A stretch of DNA of 38,076 nucleotides from Nanobdellota archaeon (GTDB lineage Archaea > Nanobdellota > Nanobdellia > Woesearchaeales > GW2011-AR9), in assembly GCA_018812355.1 (NCBI GenBank), contig JAHJDQ010000150.1, positions 1 to 38,076 of the forward strand. The letters run 5' to 3'. Shown here in pieces: positions 36,112 to 38,076 of the stretch (its first letter is position 1; the number at the start of each line of letters is the position of its first letter). The notes under the pieces are model-generated. The model saw nothing but the letters and a program-made list of their open reading frames with translations. It did not search any database and was not told the DNA's origin. The translations under genes were made by a program, and so were the position numbers.

Positions 36112-36798
36112 ATGGTAAAAAAAACCAAAAAGAAAGTATCTGGAAAAGCGGCTAAGTCCGAAACATCTGGAAGCAAAGCTTCGGATGTCCCAGAGGCGAA
36201 GCCTCAGAGGACTAGTTCAGAGAAAAAAACTAAACAGAAAAAAGCTCCTGCTTTAGAAAATAAATCCAAGAAAAAAGTAGTTACAGGAATCCTAGCCGGA
36301 GTAAGAGTAATTACTGAATCTTCTGATGAAGCACGCGAGTTCTATAATCAATCCCGTTTTGGCACTATTACTGAGAGTGGAAAAGTTGAGTTATCTTTAC
36401 TGGAAGCATTATACTTGATGGAAAAAAATCGTTTAGTGATTAAGAGTGAAGCAGGAAGGGCAATCTCATTTGAATCTTACGTTAAGAAAGCACGAAAAGA
36501 AGAACCTAATTTCTGGATTAGGTATATTGTTTTTAAAGATATGAGAAACAGAGGTTATATCATTAAGACGGCTTTGAAGTTTGGGGCTGACTTTCGCGTT
36601 TATGATCGTGGCATTAAACCAGGAGAAGGACATGCCCGTTGGATTGTCTATCCAGTAGATGAAGGCTCAACTTTAACTTGGCACGAATTTTCTGCAAAGA
36701 ATCGAGTTGCTCATAGTACAAAAAAGCGTTTATTAATGGGCATTATTGATGCTGAGAATGACGTTACATATTACGAAATTCGTTGGATGCGACCTTAA
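36112..36798 (+). CDS. endA: tRNA-splicing endonuclease with a Lys-rich N-terminal extension
   Basis: FGADFRVYDRG, GHARWIV, AHSTKKRLL carry the catalytic Tyr/His/Lys. The core of about 170 aa is preceded by a roughly 55-aa K/S/E-rich tail. Confidence 0.85.
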   Translation: MVKKTKKKVSGKAAKSETSGSKASDVPEAKPQRTSSEKKTKQKKAPALENKSKKKVVTGILAGVRVITESSDEAREFYNQSRFGTITESGKVELSLLEALYLMEKNRLVIKSEAGRAISFESYVKKARKEEPNFWIRYIVFKDMRNRGYIIKTALKFGADFRVYDRGIKPGEGHARWIVYPVDEGSTLTWHEFSAKNRVAHSTKKRLLMGIIDAENDVTYYEIRWMRP

Positions 36799-36816
36799 TT
36801 TTTCTTCTTCTTTCTT

Positions 36817-37052
36817 ATCCAAAATAAAGGCGTAAGCGCTTTATTTGGATCCACAAAAACGAAAAATATCGTTTTTGGGAACAAGAAATGCTTTTCACGC
36901 ATTTCTCCGTTCCTAAAAAAGCTATGTTAAGAAAAGTGTTTCACTAATATATACATATAAAAACACTTTTATTGCTTTTTTATGATTCTTCACTTCCAAA
37001 ATCTATCCTCGCTAACGTTCGGGAAGTTTTCTACCCTAGGGGCTAGAAAACT
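36817..37052 (+). other. array of five consecutive, sequence-unrelated stem-loops
   Basis: Stems of about 10-14 bp at 36817-36850, 36851-36879, 36878-36913, 36932-36970 and 37025-37052. Confidence 0.5.
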
Positions 37053-37059
37053 ATATAAA
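37045..37059 (+). promoter_or_regulatory. BRE/TATA-like box for the terminal ORF
   Basis: agaaaa-ctatataaa is centred about 27 nt upstream of the ATG at 37082, so the mRNA is probably leaderless. It overlaps the 3' arm of hairpin 5. Confidence 0.45.
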
Positions 37060-37081
37060 CTTAAGCTGGTCCTAAATAAGG

Positions 37082-38076
37082 ATGCCTTTGACTGCTCAAG
37101 ATCAGATTTTAAACTTTTTACGAGCTGCCGGCCCGGTTCTCCCGGCTAAAGTTGCTAAGAATATTAATGAAAGTATTCTCATTGCTTCAGCTCATCTCGC
37201 TGATTTAGTTTCACAAGGCAAAGTTAAACTCACTAACTTAAAAGTGGGCGGCTCGCCTTTATACTACTTAGCCGGTCAAGAAGAACAGTTGCATCAGTTT
37301 GCTGCTGGTAACATGAATCAAAAAGATTACCATGTTCTCGAGAAATTAAAAACGGTCTTAGTGTTAAGAGAAAATAATTTAGACACTCTTTCTAAAGTGG
37401 CTCTGCGTTCATTAAAAGATTTTGCTTTTCCTTTACATGTTACTATTCAAGGAAAAAGAGAACTGTTTTGGAAATGGTATTTACTTTCTGAACAAGACAC
37501 CAATAATTATATTGGCCAAATTCTTACCGGGAGTGATATCACAGTTCCTTCTCAACCAGAAGTAATTATTTCTGAACCAACAGTTAAGATTGAACCGAAA
37601 GTAGTTGAAGAAGAACTTACTATTGAAGAAACTCCAGAAGTAAAAACTGTAGCACCCATTGAAGTAAAAGAACAACCTCAAGAAAAAATCAAAGAACCAA
37701 AAAAAGAAAAAATCATTGAAGAACCAGAATCCGAAGAAGAACCTGAAGAAGATGAACTAGCAGAACTATTATTAAAAGATGGCAAAAAACGGGCCGAACA
37801 AAAACAAAAAGAGATCAGCCAACAAACTACTCTTAAAGAGAAAAAGCCCTTCCTCAAAAAAGTAAAAGATAGACTCGCTAGCAAGAAGAAAGCTAATGAT
37901 AAATTCTTACCCATTGTTGAGGAATTTTTTAACAGTTTAAGTATTAATGTTGAAGAAACTGAGTTAATTAGAAAAAATTCAGAAATTGAATTTTTAGTTA
38001 GGATTACTTCTGTTGTTGGTGAAACCACTTACTTCTGTAAAGCCAGAAAGAAGAAAAGATGTGATGAAAAAGACAT
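37082..38076 (+). CDS. hypothetical protein, 5'-partial view (runs off the window end)
   Basis: Open for 331 codons with no stop. N-terminal winged-helix-like region, an acidic/Lys-rich linker, and a C-terminal segment IEFLVRITSVVGETTYFCKARKKKRCDEKD. Absent from the ORF track because it has no stop in the window. Confidence 0.65.
   Translation, partial: MPLTAQDQILNFLRAAGPVLPAKVAKNINESILIASAHLADLVSQGKVKLTNLKVGGSPLYYLAGQEEQLHQFAAGNMNQKDYHVLEKLKTVLVLRENNLDTLSKVALRSLKDFAFPLHVTIQGKRELFWKWYLLSEQDTNNYIGQILTGSDITVPSQPEVIISEPTVKIEPKVVEEELTIEETPEVKTVAPIEVKEQPQEKIKEPKKEKIIEEPESEEEPEEDELAELLLKDGKKRAEQKQKEISQQTTLKEKKPFLKKVKDRLASKKKANDKFLPIVEEFFNSLSINVEETELIRKNSEIEFLVRITSVVGETTYFCKARKKKRCDEKD

Noticed and set aside
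36817-37052. The hairpin array as a replication origin (ORB repeats) or CRISPR-like array
   Set aside because: The five stems have unrelated sequences and there is no repeated ORB-like or repeat-spacer unit. No orc1/cdc6 or cas genes are adjacent.
37481-38028. Minus-strand ORFs 37481-37681 and 37678-38028
   Set aside because: They are antisense to the long open + frame starting at 37082. Their translations are Phe/Ser/Asn low-complexity mirror images of its Lys/Glu-rich linker.

Overview
This is an AT-rich, gene-dense window (roughly one third G+C by eye) that reads as an archaeal genome fragment, probably DPANN-like, though the lineage is inference. The archaeal markers are tRNA-splicing endonuclease EndA, TATA/BRE-like boxes 25-40 nt upstream of start codons, a split transketolase and an NcsA/TtuA-type tRNA thiolase. 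Clear GGAGGT/GAGGTGA ribosome-binding sites and many ATGA start/stop overlaps are also present.

Gene content, in order:
- + strand: a MacB-type ABC exporter interrupted by a phosphoribosyltransferase gene.
- + strand: a membrane-anchored DsbA-cupredoxin fusion.
- + strand: an aconitase-icd-gdh module (citrate to glutamate), then aspS, pyrE and pyrF.
- - strand, 14447-23049: a roughly 8.6-kb run of about 15 genes for copper handling and extracytoplasmic thiol/disulfide chemistry.
  - It carries VKOR, copA, ArsR, a Trx-like lipoprotein and an HMA-DsbD_2-cupredoxin protein.
  - It also carries two CopZ genes, a His-rich DsbA, a DUF2318-like lipoprotein and a membrane-tethered wHTH.
- - strand: a tRNA thiolase, a truncated RhuM-like remnant and a Ca/Na antiporter.
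- Mostly + strand: a sugar-phosphate block (PfkB kinase, class II FBA, RpiB, Rpe, split transketolase) interleaved with a large LamG-like membrane protein, a rubredoxin-like/FTR-like pair and several tiny membrane peptides.
- + strand: endA, then a partial ORF running off the 3' end.

Best leads:
1. Two diverged, covarying copies of an unclassified 113-118-nt structured RNA. Each starts 11-13 nt after a TAG stop codon (4386-4507 and 9619-9735).
2. A single in-frame TAA replaces the Leu of the conserved SEHPL motif in copA.
3. A 47-nt tract is perfectly identical between two otherwise diverged DsbA paralogues on opposite strands.
4. Five unrelated strong hairpins fill the 280-nt endA-downstream spacer.
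5. The copper/disulfide island itself has unusual domain architectures.

I saw no rRNA, canonical tRNA, CRISPR array or intact mobile element.
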